From the IMG/VR virus record IMGVR_UViG_3300036834_000211, positions 1 through 64,000 of that record: a stretch of 64,000 nt of DNA; one strand, written 5' to 3'. Under the pieces are notes generated by a model. That model saw only the letters and a list, made by a program, of their open reading frames with translations. It did not search any database and was not told the DNA's origin. Shown here one piece after another: positions 17,835 to 27,081 of the stretch. Numbering within the stretch: position 1 is the stretch's first letter; each line of letters opens with the position of its first letter. Origin of the DNA: a virus. Made by a program: the position numbers and the translations under genes.

Positions 17835-18202
17835 TGGGGAGTTTGAATGAGATGCCCTTCCGACGAGATGAGTTAGCATCCAGGCCGTACACTGATGATG
17901 AGGATGCCTACCTACGCGCCCACCCTTCCCGGGAGGAGCGCGAGGAGGTGGCTCGTCACCTGGGCCGCTCCGCCGGGGCCGTAACCCAGCAGCTCTCGAA
18001 GCTGGGAGTGATCGGGCGCCCGGGTCTCTACGGCAGGCCGCCGACGTGGTCGACAGGTACTGGTCCGAAGCCGCGTCCCGAGGCACGAAACAACCAGCCT
18101 CCGCCGAATCCCTTGGATCGGGTGGGCAGGCCGGCGTGGTTCGCGCTCGAGGGTGGCGAGAGCTCGGTCGAGTTCGCCCGGCGCCTCACGCGCGGCAGGT
18201 AG
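17831..18202 (+). CDS. Putative small HTH DNA-binding protein
   Basis: YTDDEDAYL...EVARHLGRSAGAVTQQLSKLG. Confidence 0.55.
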   Translation: MMGSLNEMPFRRDELASRPYTDDEDAYLRAHPSREEREEVARHLGRSAGAVTQQLSKLGVIGRPGLYGRPPTWSTGTGPKPRPEARNNQPPPNPLDRVGRPAWFALEGGESSVEFARRLTRGR

Positions 18203-18306
18203 CCTGCCAGCGACTGCGCGTGCCGCCCAGCTTGACAAAAGGAGAGGCCGCTACCTGCATAGCGGCCACGGCACCGATCGGGCTGGACGAGCCTTAGGGA
18301 CGATTT
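18199..18306 (+). repeat. Dispersed ~105-nt hairpin repeat, copy 1
   Basis: GTAGCCTGCCAGCGACTGCGCGTGC..CCAGCTTGA..GGCCGCTA/TAGCGGCC..GGCTGGACGAGCCTTAGGGACGATTT. Confidence 0.85.
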
Positions 18307-18590
18307 TAAAGTTCCTCCGGGTTCCGGCCGTAGCCTACGAAGTTACCGTCCTTGTCGCAAGCCACGACCGCGGCCATCTCCATCACGGTCCGGCTTCGGT
18401 CGCCGCTCTTGCGTACTGGCATGATGCTGTAGCGGTAGCCGGCGGGGTAGAGGTCCGGATGGCACTCGATCGCGCGCTCGGCGGCCTCGCAGCAGTCGAA
18501 CAGCTTGCCGGGCTGGGAGACGAATGGAGTTGCCCTAGCATCCTTGTGGACGGGCAGGCCGGCTTCGCAGAGTGGGCAGTGCTTCTTCAT
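18306..18590 (-). CDS. Hypothetical Cys-rich protein
   Basis: Strong AAGGGGAG RBS; CPLC motif. Confidence 0.65.
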   Translation of the reverse strand: MKKHCPLCEAGLPVHKDARATPFVSQPGKLFDCCEAAERAIECHPDLYPAGYRYSIMPVRKSGDRSRTVMEMAAVVACDKDGNFVGYGRNPEEL

Positions 18591-18689
18591 CGTGGTTCTC
18601 CCCTTATTGAAGTGTGGCTAGGAAGTACCCCTCGGCCACTCCCAGGCCGAGGGAGATTGCAATTGTGATCAGTACGACGACGAACGCGT

Positions 18690-19241
18690 TCACGCTACTG
18701 TCCTCCACAACCAGACGTGATCGTCGCCGCTCTCGACCAGCTTGTACTTGCCGCCCTTCACCCGGAACTTTGCGTGCGCCCGGACGATGCGGATTGGCTT
18801 GCCCGCTGCCTCGGCGATGTCGTCCCAGGTACCACCGGCCATCAGTGCGAGGTCCATCTTCTGGGCGTCCGACCCCTCATAGCGCCGGCGCTTCGGTGGG
18901 GCGTCGATCTCCTCGACCACGACTGGGAAGAGGTCTGGAGAGCATTCGATCTCAGTTGGCTCCACGTGATTGTCTAGCTGTTCCTGGATCTCGTCCTGCG
19001 TCGGAGTTGGATCGACGTAGGTCGTATTGGTTACGTGCACGTGCTGGCGCTGGAACGCTGCGAGGATCCTGTTGTACCGCTTGGAGCCTATCTGGAAGTA
19101 GTGGTTGTAATTCTGATGCGACCCGCGGGAAATTATGCGACTGATCGACGGTTGGGTCCGACCGACCGGATCCCAGATCCGGTACGAGCGGCCTTGGTGC
19201 TCGAATTCGACGTGTGGGACTACTGCGACGCTGTCCGCCAT
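18690..19241 (-). CDS. Hypothetical protein with possible C-terminal HTH
   Basis: AGGAG RBS before ATG 19241 (MADSV..). GGTWDDIAEAAGKPIRIVRAH. Confidence 0.65.
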   Translation of the reverse strand: MADSVAVVPHVEFEHQGRSYRIWDPVGRTQPSISRIISRGSHQNYNHYFQIGSKRYNRILAAFQRQHVHVTNTTYVDPTPTQDEIQEQLDNHVEPTEIECSPDLFPVVVEEIDAPPKRRRYEGSDAQKMDLALMAGGTWDDIAEAAGKPIRIVRAHAKFRVKGGKYKLVESGDDHVWLWRTVA

Positions 19242-19283
19242 CTCGCTCTCCTGTGGGGTTTCAATGCTCTTCTTCGCTCTGCT

Positions 19284-19313
19284 AAGATAAGCGAGCTTGC
19301 GGAAAACTGCAAG
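19284..19313 (-). promoter_or_regulatory. Sigma70-type promoter with CTTGC-N8-GCAAG palindrome
   Basis: Minus strand TTGCAG-17nt-TATCTT; near-copy at 52527-52556. Confidence 0.65.
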
Positions 19314-19345
19314 CACAAAGTGCTTCAATCTGGAACTTTTTTCTG

Positions 19346-21328
19346 ATGGCACGTTCTGCCTCGCCGCCCAAGCCCAAGTCCAGCGTCGTCCCGCTGCCCG
19401 AGCGCAAGAGGCACCCGAATCTTTGGCACTGGTTGCTGGCCGCAGCCCGCGACCTGCCGCACCGCGCCCTCGGAGGCAGGTCCCAGCCTGCCCCGCGCCC
19501 CAACCCGTTCACCCCGGCCACGCCGTTGCCGGGCGTGGTCGGCGAGGGTGGCAGCACCAAGCCCCCGAAGATCGCCATGGATGCGGCCAAGATGTGGGAG
19601 GGAGCTTGGGACGACGGTGGCATCGACCCGGGTTGGGTCGGCGGTTACGGCAGCTCGTACTTTGCCAGCTCCTACGAGGAGGGCCAGCAGTGGCTCGGCT
19701 ACGCGGTCCTGGCGCTCCTGTCGCAGCGCCCGGAGTACCGGGTGATGACCGACACCTACGCGACCGAGATGACGCGCGAGTGGATCGAGTTCAAGAGCAA
19801 GTCCGAGAGGGAGACTCTGAAGAAGTGGCGCGAGCGGAGGAAGGAGAAGAAGGATGACGATCACCCCGAGCGAGAGATGTACCGGAACGAAGCACGGATC
19901 GACGAGCTGAACACTAGACTGACCGAGCTCAGACTGAAGCAAACCACCAAGAGCGCGATCGAGGGAGACGGATTCCAGGGCCGCGGTCAGATCTACATCG
20001 ACACCGGCGACGAGGACGACCGGGACGAGCTGAGGACCCCGATTGGCGACGGTGGCAAGGCCAGTCAGGCCAAGTTCGGGCGCGACGGCCTGGCCCACGA
20101 CTTCGAGCCCAGGTCCTTTCGGGAGCCCGATCCGGACCAGCCCAAGCGCAAGAAGATCGAGCGCCTGGCTGCGATCGAGCCGATGTGGTGCTACCCAGCC
20201 GTGTACAACGCCAGCGACCCACTCCGGACCGATTGGTACCGCCCGGAGACGTGGTGGGTCATGGGCAAGGAGGTCCACCGCTCGCGCCTGCTGATGATCA
20301 TCTCGAACCCCGTTCCGGACATGCTCAAGCCGGCGTACTCGTTCGGCGGGCTGAGCCGGACCCAGATGTCCAAGCCCTACGTTGACTTCTGGTTGCGCAA
20401 CCGCACCAGCGCCTCGGACCTGCTGAACAACTTCTCGCTGTGGGTCCTGGCCACCGAGCTGGACGTGTCCACGATGGACGAGGGGTCCGAGCTGTTCCAG
20501 CGCATCGCCACGGCCAACGTGATGCGCGACAACCAGGGTATGATGCTGATCAACAAGGGCAGCGAGGAGGTCGACATCAAGTCGTCCCAGCTGGCCGGGG
20601 TCAAGGACCTGGTGGGTCAGAGCGCCGAGCACATGACGGTTCCCAATCAGATCCCCATCGTCAAGTTCTTCGGGAACCAGCCGAGCGGCCTGAATGCCGA
20701 CTCGGAGGGGGTCATCCGGTTGTGGTACGACCGCGTCCACGCCCTCCAGGAGAGCCTCATCCGGGAGCCGATCCAGACCATCGTCAACCTGGTGATGGTC
20801 GAGCTGTGGGGCGAGGTCGACGACGACATCGAGTTCGAGTTCGTGAAGCTGTGGCAGCTCGACGAGGCCGGCAAGTCGGCGATCCAGAAGACCAAGGCGG
20901 ACCAGCGCGCCGTGGACATCGAGGCGGGGATCATCATCCCCGAGGAGGGTCGCCAGGCCGCCGCCCGGGACCCGGACAGCCAGTACGCCGGCCTCGACCT
21001 CCACGAGCCACTACCGGAGCCCGACCCGATGGAGATGATGATGGGCCCGGGGGGCGAGGGAGAGCAGCCCGAGGGACCCGGTGGCGAGCAGGGGCAGGCG
21101 CGCAGCATGAAGCCCAATCGACGCGACCTGGCCGGACTGACCTCGCAGGCCGCCCGGTTCGGCGGGGCCACCAGCGGCGGGTTGTCCGCGAAGGACGTGG
21201 TCCTCGACGAGTTCCACCGTGTTGTTAATCAGGCGCTTGATAAGGCGCTAAGTCGTCTCGGCCCAGCTGAGGATGTCCCAGAACTGACAGCCTCGGACTT
21301 CGACTATCAGCCGGTGGAGCGGACATGA
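19346..21328 (+). CDS. Portal protein (DUF1073 family)
   Basis: WLGYAVLALLSQRPEYR, YNASDPL..DWYRP, VHRSRLL, PDMLKPAYSFGGLS, P.GLNADSEG. Confidence 0.92.
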   Translation: MARSASPPKPKSSVVPLPERKRHPNLWHWLLAAARDLPHRALGGRSQPAPRPNPFTPATPLPGVVGEGGSTKPPKIAMDAAKMWEGAWDDGGIDPGWVGGYGSSYFASSYEEGQQWLGYAVLALLSQRPEYRVMTDTYATEMTREWIEFKSKSERETLKKWRERRKEKKDDDHPEREMYRNEARIDELNTRLTELRLKQTTKSAIEGDGFQGRGQIYIDTGDEDDRDELRTPIGDGGKASQAKFGRDGLAHDFEPRSFREPDPDQPKRKKIERLAAIEPMWCYPAVYNASDPLRTDWYRPETWWVMGKEVHRSRLLMIISNPVPDMLKPAYSFGGLSRTQMSKPYVDFWLRNRTSASDLLNNFSLWVLATELDVSTMDEGSELFQRIATANVMRDNQGMMLINKGSEEVDIKSSQLAGVKDLVGQSAEHMTVPNQIPIVKFFGNQPSGLNADSEGVIRLWYDRVHALQESLIREPIQTIVNLVMVELWGEVDDDIEFEFVKLWQLDEAGKSAIQKTKADQRAVDIEAGIIIPEEGRQAAARDPDSQYAGLDLHEPLPEPDPMEMMMGPGGEGEQPEGPGGEQGQARSMKPNRRDLAGLTSQAARFGGATSGGLSAKDVVLDEFHRVVNQALDKALSRLGPAEDVPELTASDFDYQPVERT

Positions 21329-23898
21329 AGAGCAAGAAGTATCCCAGTCTGACCTCCGCTCAGCGGACTGAGGCGGCCATCAAGCGGATGGCTGCGAAGA
21401 CTCCCGAGCAGCGGGCTGCTTCGATGCGCAAGGGGTGGCAGACCAGGAGGCGCAACCTGGGCACACTCGCGGTCTCAATTCTGATCCTGTGTGCCCACGC
21501 CGCCCTCGCCCAGTGCCCAACCTCGGCCAACAGCACGCCGAACTTCCCGACCGGTGGTAACCTGTTCGGCAGGTCGGGTCCTCAGGTTAACGCATACTTC
21601 GGTGCCAAGGCCGATTCCAACAACGGCGTGCTGTGCGGACCGTCCATTCAGAACCTGCCCAACCCGGTCAACCCCGGGGATGCGGCGAGCAGGCAGTACG
21701 TCGACAACAAGGCGACCCCGATCGTCCTCAAGAACCCGGTCTCCGTGGTGACCAACGGGTCGGCGACGTTCACCGGGTCGATCTCCGGTACCGCGCTGAC
21801 TGTTTCGGTCGTCTCGTCCGGTAAGATCGGTCCCAATCAGTTCCTCACCGGCACCGGGGTCACAGCGGGGACCCAGATAGTGTCCGGTAGCGGGACGTCG
21901 TGGGTCGTATCACCCTCCCAGACCGTCTCCTCCGCGGCGATGACGTCGTCGGGAGCGCTCCCGCCCAACGCCTACTCCAATGGGACCAACGGCATCGGAG
22001 CATCGCTGACCGGGCTGTCCAATGGGGCGCTGTCGATCGACGGCGTCGCGGTCACGGCGGGGATGAGGGTGGGTGTCAAGGACGAGATCAGCCCCACCAA
22101 CAACGGCATGTACGTCGTCACCGCGCCGGGTGACTCTAGTCATCCCTACGTGCTGACTCGCGCCCCGGGACCCCCCATTCAGGCTGAGTACGACTCCAGC
22201 TTGAGCATCACCCCAAACAGCTACTTCCTGGCGACCGGCGGGCAGATCAACACGTCGACCGGCTGGCTGATGACGACCCAGGGGATCATCACGGTCGGCG
22301 TGTCGCCCATCAGCTTCGTGCAGTTCACCCAGGCTACCCCGGGACTCGGCTACACGCCGCTCAACCCGGTGAATAACCTGGCGGACGTAGCTAGCGCCGC
22401 GACCGCTCGGAACAACCTCATCCCCAGCGGGACCATCTTATTATCCCAACTTGCTTCGAGCGTCGCCGGGCAGATCGCGAGCTGCCCGAACGTCATGGCC
22501 TACGGCGCCGACCCGACTGGCGCGGCGGACAACGCGGCGGCGTGGGGTGCCATCCTCGCTGCGCAAGCGACTAATCCATGTGTGTACTTCCCAAGAGGAA
22601 AGTACAAGTTCCTCTCTGCGCTGACGTACACCTTCCCCGCCGACAGGCAAGCCATCGTTATCAAGGGCGACGCACCAGACGTTACTGAGCTGACGTGGCC
22701 CAACGCCGTTGGCACGGGACTTCTCATCAACCTGCCCGGTCTGACCGACCACGTTCACGTCCGAGACCTGACCTTCAGTACCGGAACGAACAACGCGGAC
22801 ACTGGCATCAAGCTCGTTCAGCAAACTGCTGCCGGCACTCCGACGGCTTCCGGGGAGATCCAGAGCGACTTCACAAACCTGATCTTCCGGTCGTCCGAAG
22901 GTGTATGGGGAGAAACAGGAGCAGCGACAACGCACGTGTGGCAGAATGGCATCATCACGCAGGATGTCTCATTTGTCCTGTTTAATAACGTCGAGGCGTG
23001 GGGACCATCAACACAGTTAACAATAACCGGCTACGCTAGTCTTACTAATTCCGGTGCTGGAATTACGGTTGTCGGCACCCATCCAACAGGACCACTTCCT
23101 GTTGTCTTTAATTTTACCAATTGCAATTTTCAGTGGTTGAGTAATGGTATTCTCATTGGAAACTTAGTTCAGGGCATCACTATTAGTCAGAGCAACTTCA
23201 CGGGTAATTATACTGGTATCGGCGTGCCCCCAGGCGAGACGGGCCTCGACGAGTTGACCGTCGCGAACGGTAACCAGCTTAACAACATTTATAATCTCAA
23301 TATTCTATCTACCGTTCCTAACCTTATTGTGTCGGGAAACGGCCCCTTCATTCAAGAAGGAGCGGTAAGTGCCGTTGGCATCTACTATCCCGTCCCATCA
23401 TACCTTACAACCATCACTGGGAATACATTCAACGCGGGTGTCTCACCTGTTGGAACGAAAGGTATAGTACTGAATGGGAGTGGATCTGCTGACGTAGCCC
23501 CCGCAACTATCATCGGTAATGCTTTCGTTAATCAAGCCACAGCGATAACGCTCGGCGCGGGTTCTTCTGGTACTGTTGTTAGTGATAATATCTATCCAAA
23601 CACTTCAATAAAGGTCGTGAACAACGGTTCGCCCCTGAACGTCGTGAAGGGCCTCGGCAACGCCTTCGCGGTCGTCGGCGCGGTCACGAACAATGGCTCC
23701 GGCCTGACGCGGCTGACGGTCAGTTCGACGGCACAGTTCGTCACGGGCGAGCAGGTAAGCATCAGCGGGTCCAGCTACCCCTCCGCCAACGTGGTGACGT
23801 TCATCACCGTGGTAGATGGTACCCACTTTGACCTTCCTGCGGTACTCTTCACTGGTGGACCCTATAGTGGCGGCGGTATCGTCAGCTCGATGCCGTAA
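21325..23898 (+). CDS. Tailspike/depolymerase-like beta-helix protein with signal peptide
   Basis: Basic leader then LAVSILILCAHAALA|Q. DAASRQYVD, NNLADV, NVMAYGADPTGAADN..VYFPRGKY (Pectate_lyase_3-like). Confidence 0.75.
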   Translation: MKSKKYPSLTSAQRTEAAIKRMAAKTPEQRAASMRKGWQTRRRNLGTLAVSILILCAHAALAQCPTSANSTPNFPTGGNLFGRSGPQVNAYFGAKADSNNGVLCGPSIQNLPNPVNPGDAASRQYVDNKATPIVLKNPVSVVTNGSATFTGSISGTALTVSVVSSGKIGPNQFLTGTGVTAGTQIVSGSGTSWVVSPSQTVSSAAMTSSGALPPNAYSNGTNGIGASLTGLSNGALSIDGVAVTAGMRVGVKDEISPTNNGMYVVTAPGDSSHPYVLTRAPGPPIQAEYDSSLSITPNSYFLATGGQINTSTGWLMTTQGIITVGVSPISFVQFTQATPGLGYTPLNPVNNLADVASAATARNNLIPSGTILLSQLASSVAGQIASCPNVMAYGADPTGAADNAAAWGAILAAQATNPCVYFPRGKYKFLSALTYTFPADRQAIVIKGDAPDVTELTWPNAVGTGLLINLPGLTDHVHVRDLTFSTGTNNADTGIKLVQQTAAGTPTASGEIQSDFTNLIFRSSEGVWGETGAATTHVWQNGIITQDVSFVLFNNVEAWGPSTQLTITGYASLTNSGAGITVVGTHPTGPLPVVFNFTNCNFQWLSNGILIGNLVQGITISQSNFTGNYTGIGVPPGETGLDELTVANGNQLNNIYNLNILSTVPNLIVSGNGPFIQEGAVSAVGIYYPVPSYLTTITGNTFNAGVSPVGTKGIVLNGSGSADVAPATIIGNAFVNQATAITLGAGSSGTVVSDNIYPNTSIKVVNNGSPLNVVKGLGNAFAVVGAVTNNGSGLTRLTVSSTAQFVTGEQVSISGSSYPSANVVTFITVVDGTHFDLPAVLFTGGPYSGGGIVSSMP

Positions 23899-23905
23899 AA
23901 AGGAG

Positions 23906-24154
23906 ATGAACGTGAGCCTTATTTATCGTGCGCTAGTACTCGTGGTCCTGGCGACCGTCCCGGCTGGTGCCCAGACAGGCGTGCCGCCGTCATACGGACG
24001 CGCCGCGAGGATGCCCCCGCGTCCCCTCACCGCCGAGGAGCTTCGGGCTGCTGCCAAGCTGTGCGAGGGCGACGCCGGGAAGGCGTACCCGGACGCCTGC
24101 GCCGACGTGACTAGGCGGATCGAGGAGGGGTCGAGATCAGAGCCGACGAGGTGA
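23906..24154 (+). CDS. Small secreted protein
   Basis: AGGAG RBS. LVLVVLATVPAGA|Q and a Cys pair. Confidence 0.6.
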   Translation: MNVSLIYRALVLVVLATVPAGAQTGVPPSYGRAARMPPRPLTAEELRAAAKLCEGDAGKAYPDACADVTRRIEEGSRSEPTR

Positions 24155-26058
24155 TCGGTCGCGTCCTCGATCCCTTCCAGCGCCCCTTCGGCGCTCCCGC
24201 CGTCCTGGCAGCGGACGCCGCGCCCCGCCGTCCCAGGCGAACGGCGGACGGCAGGCCGATCGGGGCCGCGATCCGGCCCAGCGCCGGCATCCAGGCCAAC
24301 TACGACGCGCGCCTGCGCCGCCTCCTCGACGAGATGTGCGTCTCCGTGCTGTACTGGGTCAAGGCCGCGTACCGGAGGGAGGACGAGCGGATCGGGGTAC
24401 TCGCCGCGGATTCGTGGATCGACTCTAGTCCTGATCCGTCCTCATTCGCATTGGACGCCCGCCCGAGTACCGCGCTGCGGGAGGTCATCCGGCGCCTGCG
24501 GCGCCGCTGGCTGGGCCGGTTCGACGAGGCCTCGCAGGACCTGGCGCGCTACTTCGCGACCGCGGTCTGGCGTCGCAATGCCGACGAGCTGCGAAAGATC
24601 CTGAGGAGGGGCGGCCTCTCGGTCGAGTTCAGGCCCGGCCGCGCCGCGCGAGACGCGCTGGCCGCGATCGTCGAGGAGAACGTCGCGCTGATCCGGAGCA
24701 TCCCCCAGCAGTACCTGACCCAGGTCGAGGGGTCCGTGATGCGCAGCGTGGTGGCCGGGCGCGACCTGGCCGCGCTGACCTCCGATCTCCAGCACCAGCA
24801 CGGGGTGACCAGGCGACGTGCCGAGCTGATCTCGCTCCACCAGAACAACATGGCGACCGGCGCGATTCAGCGCGTCCAGTACCTCGACCTGGGGATCGAG
24901 CGGGCGATCTGGAGGCATAGCCACGCCGGCAAGTGCAAGCGCCCGTCCCACGTTGCCAACGACGGCGAGGAGTACGACGTCCGGACCGGGTGGTACGACC
25001 CGCACGAGAGGCGGTATATTAGACCAGGAGAATTGATTCACTGCTTTCCTGGATCAACTCAGATCGAGCTCCGGCGTAGTATCTCTATCGAGAGGCTTTG
25101 GCGTTCGTTTTTCAACGGACCAGTGATCAACCTCGTGGTGGGAACCGATTTGCTCCAGTCGACACCTAATCACCCAATACTGACCCGAGATGGTTGGAAG
25201 TCTGCTAATGCGATTGAGGTAGGAGACGAGATAATTTGCGTGCTCAGTGAGGATGCGAGCGTTGTTGCAAACCAGGAATACAAATTTGTAACCAGCTTCG
25301 CCGATCTTTTTGAAACGTGCCTCATTATTTTTGGAAATGTGCGCCGAAGTCGAGCTAGTTTTGACTTCTATGGCGACGTTCCCGATAGTGATGTCGATGA
25401 GGTAGCTGTCGATCACGGTCTGCTGCTCGAATACTATTCCCTTACTTTCGAGCAGTGTGGCGAGTTCCGCCTCGCCGAATCCGATGGATGGGTTAAATAT
25501 TCCGTTTTGGACGTTCTCGATCGCGTTCTGCATTCGTCGGCTGCGTGCGGACTCGGTATATTGTCTTCGCTGTTCGATGGTACGATTAGAAGCCATAAGT
25601 CGGTTTGCGTCTCCCACCGATCTGCGAGGGATGGCCCTCTCTTCGAGGATGCGCTCAACGTTGCTTCTACTGATGCCGAGCTTGCGTCCAATGTTCGGCG
25701 ATCCATCTCCACTCAAGTACATTGTGACGACTTGCGCCTTCGTTTCGGCAGAGATGGAGTCGAGCTTGGTGGGAGGTCGACCCCAAGGACGTCCGGGTCG
25801 ATGTCCTATCGGGATCTTGAAGCCGCGGCCACGCAGCGCAGTACTTACTTGGTCGGCGGTAAAGCCGACGGCTTCGGCAGCTTCCTTGAGTCGCGCGCCC
25901 GCTCGTATCAGATCCGCTGCATTAGCGAGAAGTTTATCGGGGATTTTTCTGGACATGTATATACCATGCAAACTAACCTAGGGTATTATACTGTCGGTGC
26001 GGTAAATGTCCTAGCGAAAAATTGCCGCTGCTTCAGCCAGCCAATACTGCCGAGGTGA
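24151..26058 (+). CDS. MuF/SPP1 gp7-like head morphogenesis protein, intein-containing
   Basis: ENVALIRSIPQQYL, RRRAELI..Q, WRHSHAGK..RPSH. The conserved PGELI(H)-CRC motif is split by the insertion. Confidence 0.9.
   Translation: MIGRVLDPFQRPFGAPAVLAADAAPRRPRRTADGRPIGAAIRPSAGIQANYDARLRRLLDEMCVSVLYWVKAAYRREDERIGVLAADSWIDSSPDPSSFALDARPSTALREVIRRLRRRWLGRFDEASQDLARYFATAVWRRNADELRKILRRGGLSVEFRPGRAARDALAAIVEENVALIRSIPQQYLTQVEGSVMRSVVAGRDLAALTSDLQHQHGVTRRRAELISLHQNNMATGAIQRVQYLDLGIERAIWRHSHAGKCKRPSHVANDGEEYDVRTGWYDPHERRYIRPGELIHCFPGSTQIELRRSISIERLWRSFFNGPVINLVVGTDLLQSTPNHPILTRDGWKSANAIEVGDEIICVLSEDASVVANQEYKFVTSFADLFETCLIIFGNVRRSRASFDFYGDVPDSDVDEVAVDHGLLLEYYSLTFEQCGEFRLAESDGWVKYSVLDVLDRVLHSSAACGLGILSSLFDGTIRSHKSVCVSHRSARDGPLFEDALNVASTDAELASNVRRSISTQVHCDDLRLRFGRDGVELGGRSTPRTSGSMSYRDLEAAATQRSTYLVGGKADGFGSFLESRARSYQIRCISEKFIGDFSGHVYTMQTNLGYYTVGAVNVLAKNCRCFSQPILPR
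25054..25956 (-). CDS. HTH plus Vsr/DUF559-like endonuclease encoded antisense within the intein
   Basis: HTH-like segments (LKEAAEAVG; VVTMYLSG..SPNIGRKLGISRSNVERIL), then EAELATLLESKGIVFEQQTVIDSYLIDITIGNVAIEV. Confidence 0.8.
   Translation of the reverse strand: MSRKIPDKLLANAADLIRAGARLKEAAEAVGFTADQVSTALRGRGFKIPIGHRPGRPWGRPPTKLDSISAETKAQVVTMYLSGDGSPNIGRKLGISRSNVERILEERAIPRRSVGDANRLMASNRTIEQRRQYTESARSRRMQNAIENVQNGIFNPSIGFGEAELATLLESKGIVFEQQTVIDSYLIDITIGNVAIEVKTSSTSAHISKNNEARFKKIGEAGYKFVFLVCNNARILTEHANYLVSYLNRISRLPTISGQYWVIRCRLEQIGSHHEVDHWSVEKRTPKPLDRDTTPELDLS
25985..26012 (-). promoter_or_regulatory. Candidate promoter for the antisense endonuclease
   Basis: Minus strand AGGACA-16nt-TATAAT, ending 29 nt before ATG 25956. 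Confidence 0.55.
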
Positions 26059-26123
26059 GAATTGACTAAGGTCGCAGCGTTCACTTCTCTTGGTCTCGCG
26101 CATTCTATCCGTACCACGTTCTA

Positions 26124-26261
26124 ATGGAAGCCCTGCATCGAATCCTCTCTGGGCAGGCGCTGACGACCCGACAGCTGACGCTCGCGGGCATCTTCGTGAG
26201 CGTGTGGTTCCTAATGGACCTGATCCAGTTCGTCGACTGGGTCGCCGGTAAATTTTTCTAG
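26124..26261 (+). CDS. Small membrane protein (45 aa)
   Basis: Translated by hand: MEALHRILSGQALTTRQLTLAGIFVSVWFLMDLIQFVDWVAGKFF. Confidence 0.45.
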   Translation: MEALHRILSGQALTTRQLTLAGIFVSVWFLMDLIQFVDWVAGKFF

Positions 26262-26275
26262 GTGGGAGGGGAAGA

Positions 26276-26497
26276 ATGTCGATCGCAGTGAACGGTTTGG
26301 AGTGGCACAAGCAGGCACTGGTCAATATGCGCCTCTCCCTGGCCGCGAGGCAGAGGGCATTCGAACAGTCGCTGGTTGAGTTGACCGATCTGAGGACGCG
26401 GGTGGCCTTCTACGGTATACAGATCGACGAGGCGGAAAGGATGGGTAAGAAGGCGTTCGACGCCGACCACTTCATGAGATCTCGGGAACGAATCTAA
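26276..26497 (+). CDS. Hypothetical coiled-coil protein
   Basis: GGAGG RBS. Confidence 0.6.
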   Translation: MSIAVNGLEWHKQALVNMRLSLAARQRAFEQSLVELTDLRTRVAFYGIQIDEAERMGKKAFDADHFMRSRERI

Positions 26498-26519
26498 TCT
26501 CAAACGAGGAGAACTGACT

Positions 26520-27035
26520 ATGAGCGAGCAGGAGACTACCCGCGAGGAATTGCTGAGGCGCGTCCGCGAGGCCGCGCAGCGGGAGCCCAGGCAGGTCGTC
26601 TACCAAGACAAGAGCCGCGTTGTGCCGGTCGACCACGCCGCGAACCTGAAGGAGCATCTGGGGACGGCCTTCGGCTTCCCTCCCCACCTTAACGACGCGC
26701 TCCGCTCGTGGGTTGACAGCGTGGAGCAGCGCTGGAACCGAAGCGCTGCTCCACAGTCCGGGGAGCCTGGTACTCGCGTCGATACTCTCCACCTCGACTT
26801 TGACTCTACCGAGCTGAAGGACGTGCTCGACGAGCTGCGCGGTGTAGTAGGCCGCGTCGCCGCAGTCGAGACTGCAGTTGCCGACCTCAAAGCCGCCCTC
26901 AGCGACAAGCCGGCACCAGCCGGCGTTCAGAAGGCGGTCGCCGATGTGGAGGTGCCGCAACCCAATCCTCCCGAAGAAGATACCCCTGTGGAGGAAGCCC
27001 CTGCACCCATACGCCGCGGGCGAGAAACCTGCTAG
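26520..27035 (+). CDS. Hypothetical protein
   Basis: GAGGAG RBS; coiled-coil segment. Confidence 0.65.
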   Translation: MSEQETTREELLRRVREAAQREPRQVVYQDKSRVVPVDHAANLKEHLGTAFGFPPHLNDALRSWVDSVEQRWNRSAAPQSGEPGTRVDTLHLDFDSTELKDVLDELRGVVGRVAAVETAVADLKAALSDKPAPAGVQKAVADVEVPQPNPPEEDTPVEEAPAPIRRGRETC

Positions 27036-27052
27036 GTCACGATTTTAGGGTA

Positions 27053-27081
27053 TTGCATTGCGTCCAATTATCGCTTATTAA
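27053..27081 (+). promoter_or_regulatory. Candidate promoter
   Basis: TTGCAT-17nt(ending CGCT)-TATTAA, the same pattern as the 19284 and 52527 elements. Confidence 0.45.

Larger units (their letters stand above)
25042..26022 (+). mobile_element. Intein (327 aa)
   Basis: Starts CFPGST (block A), TPNHPILTRDGW (block B), FSGHVYTMQT (block F), ends AKN followed by +1 Cys. Confidence 0.9.

Noticed and set aside
18629-18654. GC hairpin CCCTCGGCC/GGCCGAGGG between two minus-strand genes
   Set aside because: No U-tract on either strand, so it cannot be supported as a terminator.
19325-21004. Long minus-strand ORFs opposite the portal, protease (31101..33014), sheath (49229..51037) and other genes
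   Set aside because: Typical shadow ORFs of GC-rich codon usage with no motifs or RBS. They differ from the intein antisense ORF, which has a nuclease motif and lies in AT-richer DNA.
19346-21328. Calling the DUF1073 gene an anti-CBASS protein
   Set aside because: Position and motifs fit a portal, and no 2H phosphoesterase HxT motifs were seen.
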